DNA of 64,000 nt from Dendrobates tinctorius (lineage: Eukaryota), in assembly GCF_039654945.1 (NCBI RefSeq), contig NW_027361960.1:6696001-6760000 (forward strand), given 5' to 3'. The position numbers and the translations under genes were made by a program. Of this stretch, positions 11,000 to 25,043 are shown piece after piece (within the stretch, counting starts at the first letter, position 1; each line of letters starts with the position of its first letter). The notes under the pieces were generated by a model. That model made no database searches. It saw nothing but the letters and a program-made list of their open reading frames with translations, and was not told the DNA's origin.

Positions 11000-11605
11000 T
11001 AGGGTTGTAAATCCAAAAGTTAGGAAAGAAAAATTAAAAGAGGTAGGAAGTAACCGACTTTAACGACCTTCTGACAAAAGATGAAGAACAAAAGCAATAT
11101 GTCCTGCAAGTTGTAAGCAAATGCCGAGCATTATATTCTGACGTTTCAAAAACTACTTTAACAAAAGCTCTAGAATAGATTAGATAACTATGTAAAATTA
11201 TCAACTCATGTAGGTTAGCGTGCTCTGATGGGTCATCTGTGCTACTGAGCAATTTATTAGCCATTAACAACTTTTCATTGTCTGTAATGGTGGGATCAAA
11301 AAACGATAATCCCACCAACTCTGCATTCAAATACCACAAATGGTTCGAAAATTTGGTCAGGGCTATTTCTGCAATGTTGTTGTCACATTCTTTATAGTCT
11401 AACAGACTATGCAAAATACCTAAATCTTAAAATACCTCAATTTGGATTTTTTCAAACTTTGAGCGACGAGCGGCACGGGTTAACGTCGTTTGATCGAGCT
11501 CAAATTTTGGCTCTCTCAATATCTGGAAAGGGGAATCGTTTTGTGGGGTCCAGACGAACAAGATTCTGACATTTTTTCCCCCCCATATGAGATCCGGTCA
11601 CCCTA
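11000..11605. mobile_element. Rearranged fragment of a second (hATm-like) transposon inside the hAT
   Basis: Minus-strand KFSNHLWYLNAELVGLSFFD (~11200-11414) abuts plus-strand LTKDEEQKQYVLQVV...* (11056-11178). Ends TAGGGT... / ...CCGGTCACCCTA. No TSD seen. Confidence 0.55.
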
Positions 11606-12919
11606 ATGTTCACACACCATGTGACACATTCTGTCTGAGAAATGTAGGCCTTCAAAATCTTTAAAAGCTTTTTAGCAGGCTTATAGATCACAGGAATGTT
11701 CACAGACCCCACGTAATGCTGTCTGTCTGAGAAATGGAAGCCTACAAAATTTTTCAAAGCTTTTGTTCTCTTTTAGACCTCACAGAAGTATTCCCAGACA
11801 AAGTAACACTGTATGTCTGAAAAATGGAGGCCTACTAAACTTTAAAAAGTTTTTTAGAAGCTATAGAGATCACAAAAACTTACTACCCACTACGGAATAG
11901 TGTATGGCCGAGAAATGTAGCCCAGTAAAATGTTTCAACAATTTTTGGGTGTGTTATATAACATAAAAAAGGACCTCAAAGCATGTTATAATCGATGTAT
12001 GAAAATATGTTCAATTGTTTGAGACCCCAGAAAGAAAAATGCAGCTATGTATTTGCCAACAAACTGCACAGTCCTAATCCCTGCCTACAGACTGGATTCT
12101 GTCACTGTTCATTCTTCTGTGACACTCTCCTTCCCTTGGCTAAATGCAGATTGTATGTCATGCAAACGATTAGCGATTAGAAGGGCTGTTAGTATGCAGC
12201 ACCAGTATCAACACTACAGGCCTCTGATTCGTTATACTTTTCACACATGGGCCTGTGCACAGAGCTGTGCGGTGGTGTCAGTGTGCAGAGCAGGTGGCGC
12301 CTGTCTTTTTATAACTTCTGATGAAGTCATACAGCCAGCCAATGACAGCAATGCCACAACCTAGATGGCTGTGAGATTTCAGTGACTCACAGGAAATCCC
12401 TGTATGCTTATTGGCTGCATAACAGGTGCCCAAGATGCGGGGCGGGAATTTGAGTTTGAACTCGAGCACCGCCCATTGTTTGCTGAGTAACGAGCACATC
12501 TGAACATCATGATACACGAGTAATAAGAGTATCATCGAGCATGTTCACTCATCTCTATTAATAATGTATCTTACTTTTTTCAAATTTTGTTTCTGATGGA
12601 AAGGCTGCAGCACAATATTGGTGAGAAATCATTGCTTTGAAAGGCACATTTTTTGCACAACTCATAGTTCTGCAAAACTTTTACAAATGTTGGTGTTTTC
12701 TCCAATATATACCAAAATAAACAGAGCTGGGGCAAGGGCGTGGCAATGGGAGTAGCTGTGCAGGATGGTCGTGTGACAGGTCATGACGCCACAGCTCTTT
12801 TAGTTTGTGGCCAACTGTGATGTTCCCTATGACAGAAAACTTGCTACAGTCAGTGATTTCCTGCACCTGCTGTAGCTGCAATGGCAGGTGTCAGCACTGC
12901 CTCTTGCTGTTTAATCCTC

Positions 12920-13542
12920 TTTCAGACATCAGTGTGTCCGGTGCTCGTGGCAATTGAATGGGTCTGTGCACATGTCAGTGTGTTTCCATGGACCGTGTGT
13001 CTGTGAGCAAAGAACTCTTACATGTCCATTTATTAACTGGTGCATGGGCTGCAAATCGTTCCCCTCACGTGCACACTAATGACACATGCATGACATCCGT
13101 ATGTCATCAGCGTGATGCATATCGGCGCCGGGTGGTGAAGATAACTTGCATCACTGTCCCCGGTGTTGCGATCAGCGCTATCGGGAGAATGTTGAAAGTT
13201 GTTTTCAACTGATAACTGCGAGAGCAGGCGCCGGCTGATGAGAGTATTCATCAGTCGCCACCTGCTCTCGCTGTTATCTGTTGAATGCAATTCTCAACAT
13301 TCTCCCCTGCTAGCGCTGATGGCAGCACGAGCATACGACAATGATGTGAGCTATCTTCAGCACCCAGAGCCGGGAACAGTGTGAGCTGTATCGCTGATTC
13401 CCAGGCGCCAGTACGTGTGGTACTGATGTCGCACACAGTTGGCATGTATGCCACAAGTATTAAACACATCAACACAGGGACACTGATATCTCCTGTTCTG
13501 GTATTCGCAGTACCAGAAATATCAGAATGTATTAAGAGCCCT
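12920..13542. mobile_element. Degenerate Harbinger-type MITE
   Basis: Internal inverted repeat at ~13145-13380; right end ...AAGAGCCC-TAA; left end eroded. Confidence 0.45.
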
Positions 13543-13659
13543 AATACTGCTGAAAATTGTAATTTTTGTATTTAGAAAATTGAGAAAGGATGGGGGCTCC
13601 CTTTCACACCAGCCATGTCCGGAAAGACCTGATCTATTAAACTGTCACACTATTTAATC

Positions 13660-16255
13660 CTTATGTTAAGCACCATAAAAAAGTGCAAAGACTGATTTTT
13701 CATTAGACCGCCAAACAATGTGGAGCAAAACGTGATAAAAAAGTAAAAAAACAAAATGATGACTCTGAAAATGTTTTGTCCCGCAAAAACAAGCTTCCCT
13801 CTGCTTCATCAGCTGAAAAATAAAAATAGCTATTGTTCTTATCATATGGCAATGCAAAAACCTTTTTTTTTTAAATGAAAATTGTTTTTATATATAAAAG
13901 CAACAAAACATAAAAACTATATAAATGTTGTTTTGATTTTTAGTGTGTGATGGTAGCAAACCCTAAAAAAATAATAGAAAGGTAGTATCGCTGCAAACGT
14001 ACTGACCCAGTCGTGTCACTTATACCATACGGTGATTGGCATAAAAACTAAATAAAAGCATTTCTTGAACTGCTGTTGATTTGTTCATGCTGCTTCATAA
14101 AGATCGCAGTAAGGCGCGGTGCACATTTATCCTCTGCTCTATGGTGAGCACAAAACCACTGTCGGAACATTCACTATAATGAGAAAAGTGGATTTACATT
14201 GAACTCTGTCCTTTCATCCAGCTGTGTCTGTCTTTTTAGGTGTATTTTTAGGCGGATACAAGACAAAGAGCACACACTGCTGATCAGAGGGCAAATGGAT
14301 TCCAGAGTAACTTTGCTTGCTTCATTATTGTGAACGCGTTATGTCTGACTCACATATTTTAGAGATTTAAATGGAAACCGAGACCTAAGTGCTCAGTGTA
14401 GCTCAAAGAATAAATATGAACCGAGCCTCAAAAGTGATCCAAAATAATATGTTTCCCAAAATAATATCAATAAATAACAGCTAAAACTCAACACAAGCAA
14501 AAAAAAAGCACAGCAAAACCAAAGAAATGAGCCGAAACATACAGTAAGTTGTTATATGTGCACAGTGTAAGAGCACATTGACACTGGCTTTAATGCTTTT
14601 TTTGATCAAAATAGTGTTCACTAAGTACCCTGTCTTATTTACTTATACTATTTACATATTTACTATAGGGTACATGCTCAATTTGTTTTCTTTTCTTGGG
14701 GTTTTTTCCACCCCAAAAAACAATTCTACACTCAAGTCCGTTATCTGTTAACGGAAGTAAAGGCGGATTGCTCATTAATGGTATTACAAAGGCTCTGGAA
14801 AAGCGACATGTTTCTTTACTCACAAAAGAAATTCAACTAAATTTGCACTCCCTAATCCAAATGCCCCACGGTGTGCCTAAATTGTTCTTAGTATCCACAT
14901 ACTTGAGCAAAGAGAGTCCCTATAAATATTTTCTGGGTGAGGTTTCTCTAGAGGCACAAGCTGGGCACTACAATGGCAAAATTGCATTTTAAAAAAACTT
15001 TATAACATCCAATGTGTGCTTGTTTCTAGGCAACATACATGGAGTCAACATCATCACCACACCTGTAGATAAATTCCCAGAAGGGTGTAATGGGTTTCTG
15101 CTGTTTATTTGCAGAGCACTCAAGTGTCAGAAGTCCGTAAATTATTCTAGGAAAACCAACGCTCCAAAGGCCAAATAGCGCTCCTTCCCTCCTGAGCCCT
15201 TTCATGTGGTAAAACAGTACTGTAAAGCTACAAGTGGGCATTGCCATGTTCAGGAGAAATTGTGTAAGAAATTAAGGGGGCATGTGAAAATGCAAAATCT
15301 ATAAAAATGTAATTATTTTTTTTCATTGCACAATAGTACAAAATTCTGCGTAACACCTGTGCTGTCAATATGCTCACTGCATCCCTCGATTAATTTACTA
15401 AACTTTGTAGTTTGTAAAATGGGATCACTCATGAGTTGGGCGGCTTCTGCTTTTCTGGCATTTTAGAGGCTCAAATGTAACATGGCATGCGCAGCCCATT
15501 CCACAAAATATGCAGTCCAACATAGCGGTCCTTCCCTTTTGAGCTTTGCTGTGTGCCTGAAAAAGTAGTTTCCAACCACATATAGGATATTGGCATGCTC
15601 AGGAGAAATTGGTCCACATATTTTGTTATGCAATTTTTCCTATACATCGTTTTTTGTTTTTTTTTTAAGTAAAAGTTTGTGCTTAAAGCTACATTTTAGT
15701 GGAAAAAAATATAATTATTCAGTTTTTTTTAAATTCTGAGAATCACTTGTAGGTTTAAAATGTTCACTATATCCCTAGATTAATTCCGTGGGAGATGTAG
15801 TTTCCAAGATGGGGTTACTTGTTTGGGTTTCTGCCTTTTTTGGCATCTCAGGTAGTCTCCTAATGTGACGTGGTGTCCACAATTTATTCTAGCAAAAATT
15901 GCTTTCCAAAAGTCAAGCCCACAGAGTGCCCAAGCAGTCGTTCTGACCATGTATGTCTTTCTAGTTTCCCTTGTGAAAATTAGACATTTTGGCTAAAGCT
16001 AAATTTTTGTAGAAGAAAAACATTTAATTTTCAAAGCCCATTTTTATTAAATTGATTGTATGACCTTTTGGGTTCAAGATGCTCACTGCACCTTTTGATA
16101 AATTCCTCGAGGGGTGACATTTCAAAAAATGGGGTCACTTGTGAGTTTTTGCCGATTTGATCCATTGTTGGCACTGCAAATGCAGAATAGCTACGCAACC
16201 TGTTGCAGCAAAAATTGCACTGCAAAAGTCCATTGGTGCTCCTTCCCTTCTGAGC
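13660..16255. mobile_element. Old non-autonomous piggyBac-family sequence with degenerate subterminal repeat units
   Basis: Repeated AAATGGGGTCACTTG, GCTCCTTCCCTTCTGAGC and CAGGAGAAATT motifs (15180-16255) that also occur in the piggyBac 3' arm (53300-54884). Termini not identifiable. Confidence 0.55.
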
Positions 16256-16857
16256 AACTGCAGAGGAGATAGCAGGAACCTGACTACAGCGATCTGTTCC
16301 TCACACTGGGAGGTTACGGACCTCTCCTGGTGCCAATTTTCATGCTTTCTGTGATGTCACATCAGCAGATCAGTTTGTTCACTTTTGCTTTACTCTCACT
16401 CCTGGGTGTCACTTTTGACCTCATATTGTCAGGCAACCAGCTCCCCACATTGAGGCGGCAGTGAGCAGGCTATCAGTCAACATGCCTGTCAGTCACCATG
16501 ATATCACCATTGACACCCTTTCGGCAGAGCAGTAGAGAAGTAACTGCTTTGTCGAACGAAAATAACAGGAAGCTGGAGAATCGCCGCCAAAAGTGGTTAT
16601 TAACTGCCCTGAGCTAGAAGAGATTGTCACATGGCAGAACAGGTAGGTAATTGGCAACGTCCTGCTGGTAAGTGGTCAGCACCACAGGGAAATAAAAGCT
16701 CCGGAAATAACACATTTTAAGCTAAACAACAGTCACAGACCACAGCACTTTTCTAATCTAAAATACAAATTTCCAGGCAATCATCCCGTTGTATTTACAG
16801 ACTTGCTCAATTTAAGCCTTTTCATGTGTTAATTTCAGTTTTAAATTTCTTTTTCAG

Positions 16858-18820
16858 TGTTTAACCTGCTTCCTAAGGGATTGGAAACCTTTGCTACCAG
16901 TGAAATGTTCCAGCTATCTCAGAAAAGGATAGATACTGAAGGAACATCCTACTCAGACTTTTCCTATAGCGCTAATACTTTGTTGCAAAATAAAGCAAGG
17001 CATCAGCCCAAAAGCTTATGTCCTCAATCATTGAAGGATAACCAACAATCACTGTCGTCGTCAGACTCTGAGACTACGTTACAAAAACAATCGATGTCTT
17101 TGATTAAGCAGAGAAAAAAAACAACGCATACATATATTAGAGATCCTAATATAGCCGACAAAAGTTCACAACAGCAGAAGGACCTGAATCAAGATTTGGA
17201 AACTGCTTTCTCAATCTCAGCAGAAATGAATCAGATGGAAGAAACTTCCTGCATATCCGCTAAGGAAGCTTCTCCATTTAGTCTTTGTCAGATCTTGTTG
17301 TCATTGCTCGAAAAAGTTTGCAAGGTTGATATGCAGAGTCACAGTTCTGTAATTTCGGTCTGTATCATTCCAGGAATTACCGAATTCATATCGGAAGTCG
17401 GTGAATGTAATGCTCCTGGAAAGGGAACTGTAACAAAAGGGTGGACTGCGGAACCATTGGCTTTAGTTCAAAGAATGCTGTTACATACAGTATTAAGTCT
17501 TCTCTCTGTAGACATTATTGAGAAGGATGTCATGCCTGACAATCTTAGAAATAATCTTATTGGCTTGTTACAGACATCTTTGAAGCTAAAATATTACTTG
17601 GATAAAAAACCAAACTCCGATCAACAACAAGAGACTGTGGATTATGTAGGCTGCGAACACCAAGCTTTTTTTATTGCAGATCTCCTTGAAGGTGTTTTTC
17701 ACATTTTTGTCTCATGTCTTAAAAGTGCAGCCCCAAATCCTCTCTATTTTAGTCAATGTATAGAACTGTTACATGACTTTATACAATATAGTGGCTTTGT
17801 TCTTTTTGAAAATTCAATCATTCAGATGGAATCTTTACGTTTATATTCTGTAGAGCTGCATTCACAAGCTTCTGACCGTGTGTTGATTCTTATTAGCCTT
17901 GTTTTAAAAATAGTCAGCCTAATAAAAAAGGTGAAGTCTGAACAGCTCCATCAAACTATGTGCACACGAAAAAGACATCGGAGATGTGAGTTTTCGCACT
18001 TTATGCACCACCACAGAGACCTATCTGGTCTTCCCATTTCACTGTTCAAGAATGATAACCTTGATGAAGGTATGTGTGGGGAAAGCTGTCATCCCGAGAG
18101 GAGGTGTTGCATAGCGGTTTGTTCACATCACTGTTTGCGTTTACTCCAGAGAGTGTCAGAAACCGCTATATTCTTGCAGATTCTCCTAGGAATTGAGAAT
18201 GCTGGGATTTGTTGTTGCATGGATCCTTTATCCGTTGTCACTCCTCTTCTTCATGCTTTAAAAGTGCCAACCTTAAAAAATCTGCAGCCCCACATACTAA
18301 GTATTCTTGCAAATTTTTTACTGAATCAGTTGGGTGGAGGCAAAACAGCCAATGTTCTTAAACAAGCATCTTGTAACATGTGTGTGATGGATAATGATCA
18401 GTTTACAGAGAAATACAATCCATTTCAAGAGAAAGCCGTCTTAACGTCTGCTTCAAGTTTGTACAATGTGCCGTACCGATTGCAAGGAGTTTTACCATGC
18501 GGAGGATCTGAGGATATGATGTGGAAATGGGATTCTTTAGAAACTTACCAGGAACTTGTATTTGGCAATGATTTGCAACTAAGCTTGCTTATTTCTAGCC
18601 ACATTTGCATCCTAATTCAAGAAGGTAATGCAGTCATTCAGAGAAAATTATATGCTCTTATTGTCAATGGAGTTCTGCAAAGAGGGGTGGAAATGGCTCA
18701 TCACTGCCAACAGTTTGGTATTTCTACATTGTATGGCGAGCCTGGTAATGACCAGAAATCATGTTTCCTGGAAATGCTTAAAGTTTATTTAAAAAGTTTA
18801 CCGGATTTGCTTAATTCCAG
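16858..18820 (+). CDS. LYST: LYST large coding exon (human exon 5 equivalent), 1963 nt
   Basis: ttttcag|TG TTT AAC...TCC AG|gttagt. Contains LYST signatures KKVKSEQLHQTMCTRKRHRRCEFSHFMHHHRDLSGL, GICCCMDP and GWTAEPLALVQRML. Phases 1 to 2 are consistent with the neighbouring exons. Confidence 0.97.
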
Positions 18821-19419
18821 GTTAGTAGTCATCTGTATTTGTTTTTACTATTTTTTTTTTTTTTTTGCAAGATCTTTATTTCTAGCAATAATTTTTTTGC
18901 ACCTCACTATGTATGTATAATTTGTATGCTAAGTTAATTTAATCTAAAAAAAAAAAACGTAAACGGGTTGTCTGCTACCAGACAGATCCTTACTAATTAT
19001 TCTTGAGTGCTGCGCAAGAAAAGAATTAAAAGAATAATATACTTAAATCATGGAATGCCAGTGCACCTGTACTCTCACTTTGAGTCCTCCACTCTTCCCG
19101 ACTTGCCTGCGTCTTTCACTGTTCAAGAGAGGCAGAAGAACAGTGTTTTTTTGGCAGAGATGGACCAGCAGCCACCTAATCTTACTTTGTGCAGTACTCA
19201 AGGGAATATGGGTTCAAATATTGGAAACTCATTTTAATAAATTTTACTAGAAAGATGGATAACAAGCATTAAAATTTAATGAGCAAACAATATTGAAGAG
19301 AAGTCATTTTAGATGATATTCATATTTTATATATATCCCTTAATTTTTTTTTTTTACGGTTATATTAATTAAATGTTTTTGTTAAATGTAATTAGATGTT
19401 ATCAGAAAATGACCTATTA

Positions 19420-22400
19420 GGCTATGTGCACACGTTGCGGATTTTTTTGCGAATCCGCAGCGTTTTTTCCGCGCAGATTTGCACAAAATCTGCAAAGGGT
19501 TGCTCAAGCAATATTAATCAATGGGAATCCAGAATTGCTGTGCACATGCTGTGGAAAATTCTACACTGATTCTCAGTGTTTTATTTTCCGCAGGATGTCA
19601 ATTCTTTTTGCGGAACTGCAGCGTTTCTGCACCCATTGACTTAAACTGAGTCAGTCAAATCCGCAGTTAAACTGCCGGTGTAAAAAGGTCTGCAGATTAG
19701 CTGTGAATTTGCATGCAAAAAACGTGGAAAGGAAGGAGGAAGAGTGTGTGGGCAGAGAATATGTGTGTGGGCAGAGAATATGTGTGTGAGCGTAGAATAT
19801 GTGTGTGTCTGTCTACGTGTGTCTGCGGGTGTCTGTGTCTGTATGCGAATGTCTCTGTGTAGCCAGGCATCGTCTGATGGGACTACTATTCCCACCTGGC
19901 TATGTCTGGTGTGACATATAACAGTGACAGCATGAGTAGTAGTCCCTGAAAGAAAATTGACATGGAGTCCCCCTATAAAATTGAAACAGTAAAGGCTAGT
20001 CAGACAGCTGCAGGCTGATATTATTAGCCTGGAAAGGGGCCATATATATTAGCACCCACCAGGCTAAAAACATAGTCATTAAGGTTGAAGGAAGACTTTA
20101 AGTCCATCTAGTTCTACCCATATCCTATCCTAACTTGCCCTAACATGTTGATCCAGAGGAATGCAAAAAAAAACCAATGTGGCAAACAGTAAGCTTCACA
20201 TTGGGGAAAAAAATTCCTTCCTGACTACACATACGGCAATCAGACTAGCTCCCTGGATCAACGCAATATCAAGGAAACTAGTGTATATAACCTGTAATAT
20301 TATACTTTTCAAGAAAGGCATCCAGTCCCTTCTTAAATTTTAGTAGGGACTCACTCATTACAACATCATATGGCAGAGAGTTCCATAGTCTCACTGCTCT
20401 TACAGTAAAGAATCCGCGTCTGTGATTATGCTTAAACCTTCTTTCCTCCAGATGTAGAGGGTGCCTCCTTGTCCCCGTCACAGGTCTAAGAGTAAAAAAA
20501 TAATTAGAAAAGTCTTTGTACTGTCCCCTCATATATTTATACATTATAATAAGATCACCCCGGAGCCTTCAATTTTCCAAACTAAATAACCCCAAGTGTA
20601 ATAACCTGTCTTGGTATTACAGACCCCCCAGTTCCCTAATAACCTTGGTCGCTCTTCTCTGCACCCGCTCCAGTTCAGCTATGTCTTTCTTATACACCGG
20701 AGACCAGAACTGTACACAGTATTCTAAGTGTGGTCGCACTAGTTACTTATATAGAGGTAAAATTATGTTCTCCTCATGAGCATCTATACCTCTTTTAATG
20801 CATCCCATTATTTTATTTGCCTTTGCAGCAGCTGCCTGACACTGGCCACTAAATGTGAGTTTTTCGTCCACCCATACACCCATGTCTTTTTCAGTGACAG
20901 TTTTGCCCACTGTTTTACAATTAAGCACATAATTATACATCTTGTTCGTTCTACCCAAGTGCATGACCTTACATTTATCCCCATTAAAGCTCATTTGCCA
21001 TTTATCAGCCCAAGCTTCTAGTGTACATAAATCCTTCTGTAATATAAAATTATCCTCCTCTGTATTGATTACCCTGCAGAGTTTAGTGTCATCTGCAAAT
21101 ATTGAAATTCTACTCTCTATGCCCCCTACAAGGTTATTAATAAATATGTTAAAAAGAAACTCCGCTTCATCAGCTCTCAGCCGCCCCAGAAATGGCACAT
21201 CTTATAGATGCGCCAATTCTGGCACTTAGCCTCACTCTTCCCACTTGCCCTGTAGCGGTGGCAAATGGTACAATATTTGTGGGGTTGATATAATCTTTGT
21301 ATTATCTCGTGACATCAAGCCCATGGATTAGTAATGGTGAAGCGTCAAAAAGCCACCTATTCATTACTAATTCTAGTTATGTGGTAAATAAAAACACAAC
21401 CAGAATAGCGTCCTGTATTTGAAATAATGACACAGACTCCTTTATTGAATCTAAATTAACCTTACTTACTGCATCGCCTAATCCCCGAATCCCTCGATCT
21501 CCTGCAGCAAAAATAAAATAGTAAACCAGCACAAATACTCCCTGTCCGACGTAGTCCATTTACCGAGTGTCCAACAACGATCTCATGTGTAGAACAGTCA
21601 CATCGGGAGATTTGACTGCTCTACACGGCTCCAGGGATTCACTGACAGGAGATACTCGCTCCCACAGTGCATCACTGAGAGGTCACCGGAGTCTGTGCTC
21701 TCACTTACGGCACTGCCGCTGTGTGAGAATTTTCTCATGCAGTGGTGCCGCAAGTGACAGCACAAACTCCGGTTACCTCTCACAGTGGCGCAGTGATACA
21801 CTGCAGGAGGATTACCTCCTGTCAGTGCATCACCGGAGCTGTGCAGAGTGGTCACATCTCCCAATGTGACTGTTTTACATGTGAGATCACCATGGGAAAC
21901 TCATTATTAAATGTCAGAAAGGTAAGTATATGTTGGTTTATTATTTTATTTTTGTTGCAGGAGATCAAGGGCATTGGGGATTAGGTGTTTCATGAGTATG
22001 AATGTGTTTTTTTTTGTTTTACAATTGAACACAGTCAGTGGATGATGGGACTACTACTGTCCCATCATCGGCTCATGCTGTTACTGTTATATGTGACACC
22101 AGACATAGCCAGATGGGAGTAGTAGTCCCATCAGATGATGCCTGGCTACACACAGACACACACAGACACCCGCAGGCAGACGGACACCCACAGGCGGACA
22201 CACACATATTCTCTGCTCACACATAGTCTGTGCCTACACACTCTTCCTCCTTCATTTCCGCAGCGTTTTTGGCACGCAAATCCGCAGACCTTTTTACACC
22301 TGCGGTTTAGCTGCAGATTTGACTGACTCAATGTAAATCAGTGTGTGCAGAAATGCTGCAGATCTGCAAAAAGAATTGACATGCTGCGGAAAATAAAACT

Positions 22401-22528
22401 CTGAGAATCAGCATGTGCACACCAATTCTGGATTGCTATTGATTAACATTGCATGAGCTACTCTTTGCCGAATTGGTGCAAATCCGTGTGGAAAAAATGC
22501 TGCGAATCCGCAACATGTGCACACAGCC
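19420..22528. mobile_element. Harbinger-type non-autonomous element with ~500-bp inverted arms, CR1 nested inside
   Basis: TTA/TAA flanks; TIR GGCTATGTGCACACGTTGCGGA / TCCGCAACATGTGCACACAGCC; arms ~19420-19945 vs ~22035-22528. Confidence 0.85.
20070..21155 (-). mobile_element. 5'-truncated CR1 LINE (RT C-terminus plus 3' UTR)
   Basis: LFNIFINNL...SIFADDTKLCRVI...WADKWQMSFNGDKCKVMHLG (20743-21198) and FFTVRAVRLWNSLP (20278-20544). CR1-type 3' end near 20070. Confidence 0.9.
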
Positions 22529-24049
22529 TAAGGCTTTTAGCGGTATCAGCAAAGGCTCCTTATCGGTAAAGGCAGTGTTACAATGATGGGTAACACCACT
22601 GGTAACCAAGAATCCACCATTCACAATAGTCAATGTTAGCGCTGCCTCTGCTTCTTTTTCTTCTTACATAATGACATTTGCACAGACTTTTGCTTTAAAA
22701 AAAAAAAATATTGTCCGAGTCTTTTCATTGTGGCCAATGCCCAGGTGAGGTTTCCTGAAATAACCAAATTTAGAGTCGAAAATTCAAAGCCACAGTGGCC
22801 AGTGTGAAAATTTGAATATTTATATTTTAGTTTTAATACGGATTGTCACGTGGAATAAAAAATATTGCATAAAAATGCACTTAATGAGTAACTGTTGTTT
22901 TAATTTAATAAATTAATAGTACACATGATAAACATGCAACTTTGTAATATATCTTTTTTATCCAATGGGACTGTTTATTCATTCTCAAAATTCTCAATTC
23001 TGAGAAATCAAATCTGTGTTCAGTGAAGACAGACTTTCCCATTAGTGAAATGGGAGATGGCAGCTGCAACTGATATGATTCTGTGTAAACAGGAGGGGAT
23101 GGAGGAGGAGCTCTACCTCTAGCGCCTTCCTCCTCCTCTGCATATAGCATATTATTAGAAGCAGCCGCCATCCCCTATCTCAGTAATGGGAAATTCATAA
23201 CATGAGAGAAAATACCCAGCACCATTCAAACTTGCATATTTCTGTGTTAGGCGTAGAATTAATTGCTTCTTGCCAGCAGCAGGATCGATGGGTGCTACAC
23301 CCAGAAGAGTGATTGTCAAAGAAATGCTGTAAGGATGAAAAAGTGGCACTCTGTCCTGTAAAAAAAAAAAAAAAAAAAAAAAAAAGTGGACCCGTTGAAG
23401 CGTTAGAGGTGAAATGGCCGTTGTCCTCTGTTACCCACTATCCCGCATTCATGTTTTAATGTGGTTGAACAAAGACGTTTTTACGGGACTGAGAGTACCA
23501 CCTTTTCATCTTTCCTGCATTTCTTTTCAGTAATGGGAAATTTCTTCACTGAATACAGATTTTACCCAGAATTGAGGATTTTGATAACTAATGATCAATC
23601 CTATCGGAAAAAGAAGCTGATTATTCGGATAAGATTTATTACAACATTCACTTATTTTCATGTTTACTGCTGATTTATGAAATAAAAATTTAAATGATGG
23701 TTACTCTTTGACATTAGAACCTGATTTCAACAAATAGGTAATTTTCTAATGATACATTTTTTTACTATAGTGTCAAAATATTTCACGGCACTTTGCAATT
23801 CAAAGGTGACATGTACAAACAAAATAAGACATTATAGCGATACCAAGGGTGACACAAAAGGTAAAAAATTGCTTGTACTGTATGGTCTAGCCATCAGTAT
23901 AATAGGGGCATTCAAATAACGTCGCATAAACCGGTCACCAGCTGATATCTAGGTAAATAGAGATACAAAGCGTAATTGAGTGCATGGAGAGAGTGGAAAG
24001 GAGAGAGGGACCAGATTCTGAAGAAAAGTTAGGAAGGGAGAAAAAAGCA

Positions 24050-24261
24050 TGTGAAAGAAGGGGCTCTTGTCAGACGAGACCAAAGTGGAACTTTTTAGGG
24101 TAAATACAAAATGCCGTGTGGCAGAAAATTAACGCTGCACATAACCCTGAAAACTCAATCCTCAACGTCAAGCATGGTGGTAGCATAATGTTGTGGGGAT
24201 GCTTTTCTATAGCATGGACAGAGAAGCTGGTCAGAGTTGATGGAAGGAGGTAAAAACAGGG
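24050..24261 (+). mobile_element. Tc1 transposase remnant, 5' part (split by DIRS; continues at 32368-32490)
   Basis: SDETKVELF and [14 protein letters not shown] relics; resumes after the DIRS with LEKNLLEAARDL...SQS-DL-PIENLW. Confidence 0.8.
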
Positions 24262-25043
24262 TTTATTCGATCGTCCATGACAGCACCACCTGAGAGAGGT
24301 GATCCGCCCTTCAGGAACAGGAAACCTACAGATTCAAAATGGCGGTACCTCTCCCACGCATCAGTTTGTTTCCTGTTCCTGGAGGACAGGATTCCCTACA
24401 GATCGTCCGACATGGATCGTCAGGAATTCCCAGGCCGGCTGATCGACCCAGGTAGCGGGAGGGTCTCCTACCTCGGTCAGTGCGGGGTCCCTGGAAGCGC
24501 CACGGTGGGGCCGGGCAGGTCTCCACGGAAGTGTGCGGAGCAGGGGTCCGGAGGACAGCCGTCTCCAGAGTGCCGGCACCGGTAGGTAAGTATTCCTCGG
24601 GCCCTTCCTTGTGTGTCCCCCCGGTGTCCGGTCTTTGTTTCAGCCCCGGTCCTGCATGGGGCCCAGTCGGCGGGTGCGGGGCAGCACACGGGAGGCTGGT
24701 GGCATACCTGGCCGGGGGCGCCGTGCCAGCTCCATAACGCGTGTTCCCGCGGGCTCGTTTGAGCGGCGGAAGTGACGCAGTGGAAGGGGCGGGGCCGGGA
24801 ATGCCGAAACCGGAGGTCGTGTGCCGGCCGGCTTTTTTGTATGCGCCGCGGGAGCGCGGTGGTTCTGGATCGCGTGCAGCGGCCGAGGGCGAAGGGGGGC
24901 CGGACCACAGGGCGGGTGGTCGCAGGGAGGGTCCCAGGTGGGAGGTACCTTGGCCAGAACCCTGCTGACCCGGATTCTGGGGGAGGCCAATATAATAGAG
25001 ACTGGAACGCTGCTGGGGTGCTTCTGAAAGGCCCATTGCAGCG

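Larger units (their letters stand above)
7080..12557 (-). mobile_element. hAT DNA transposon with degraded BED-finger transposase
   Basis: Perfect 8-bp TSD TTAATAAT (7072-7079 / 12558-12565). TIRs TAGGGATGAGTGAGCA / TGTTCACTCATCTCTA. Minus-strand relics: BED finger ICNLCHAKISRG...SMIKHM (10342-10524) and C-terminal dimerisation motif YWVSKLDKWHELSLYALEVL...ERVFSAAG (7961-8185). Confidence 0.9.

Noticed and set aside
18821-18920. C-terminal extension of the 687-aa ORF (and 37349-37435 of the 329-aa ORF)
   Set aside because: Read-through into the intron past canonical GT donors; LYST similarity stops at the donors.
23280-23460. Poly(A) run at ~23359-23385 as a processed pseudogene or SINE tail
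   Set aside because: No convincing TSD, polyadenylation signal, pol III boxes or coding similarity that I can identify.
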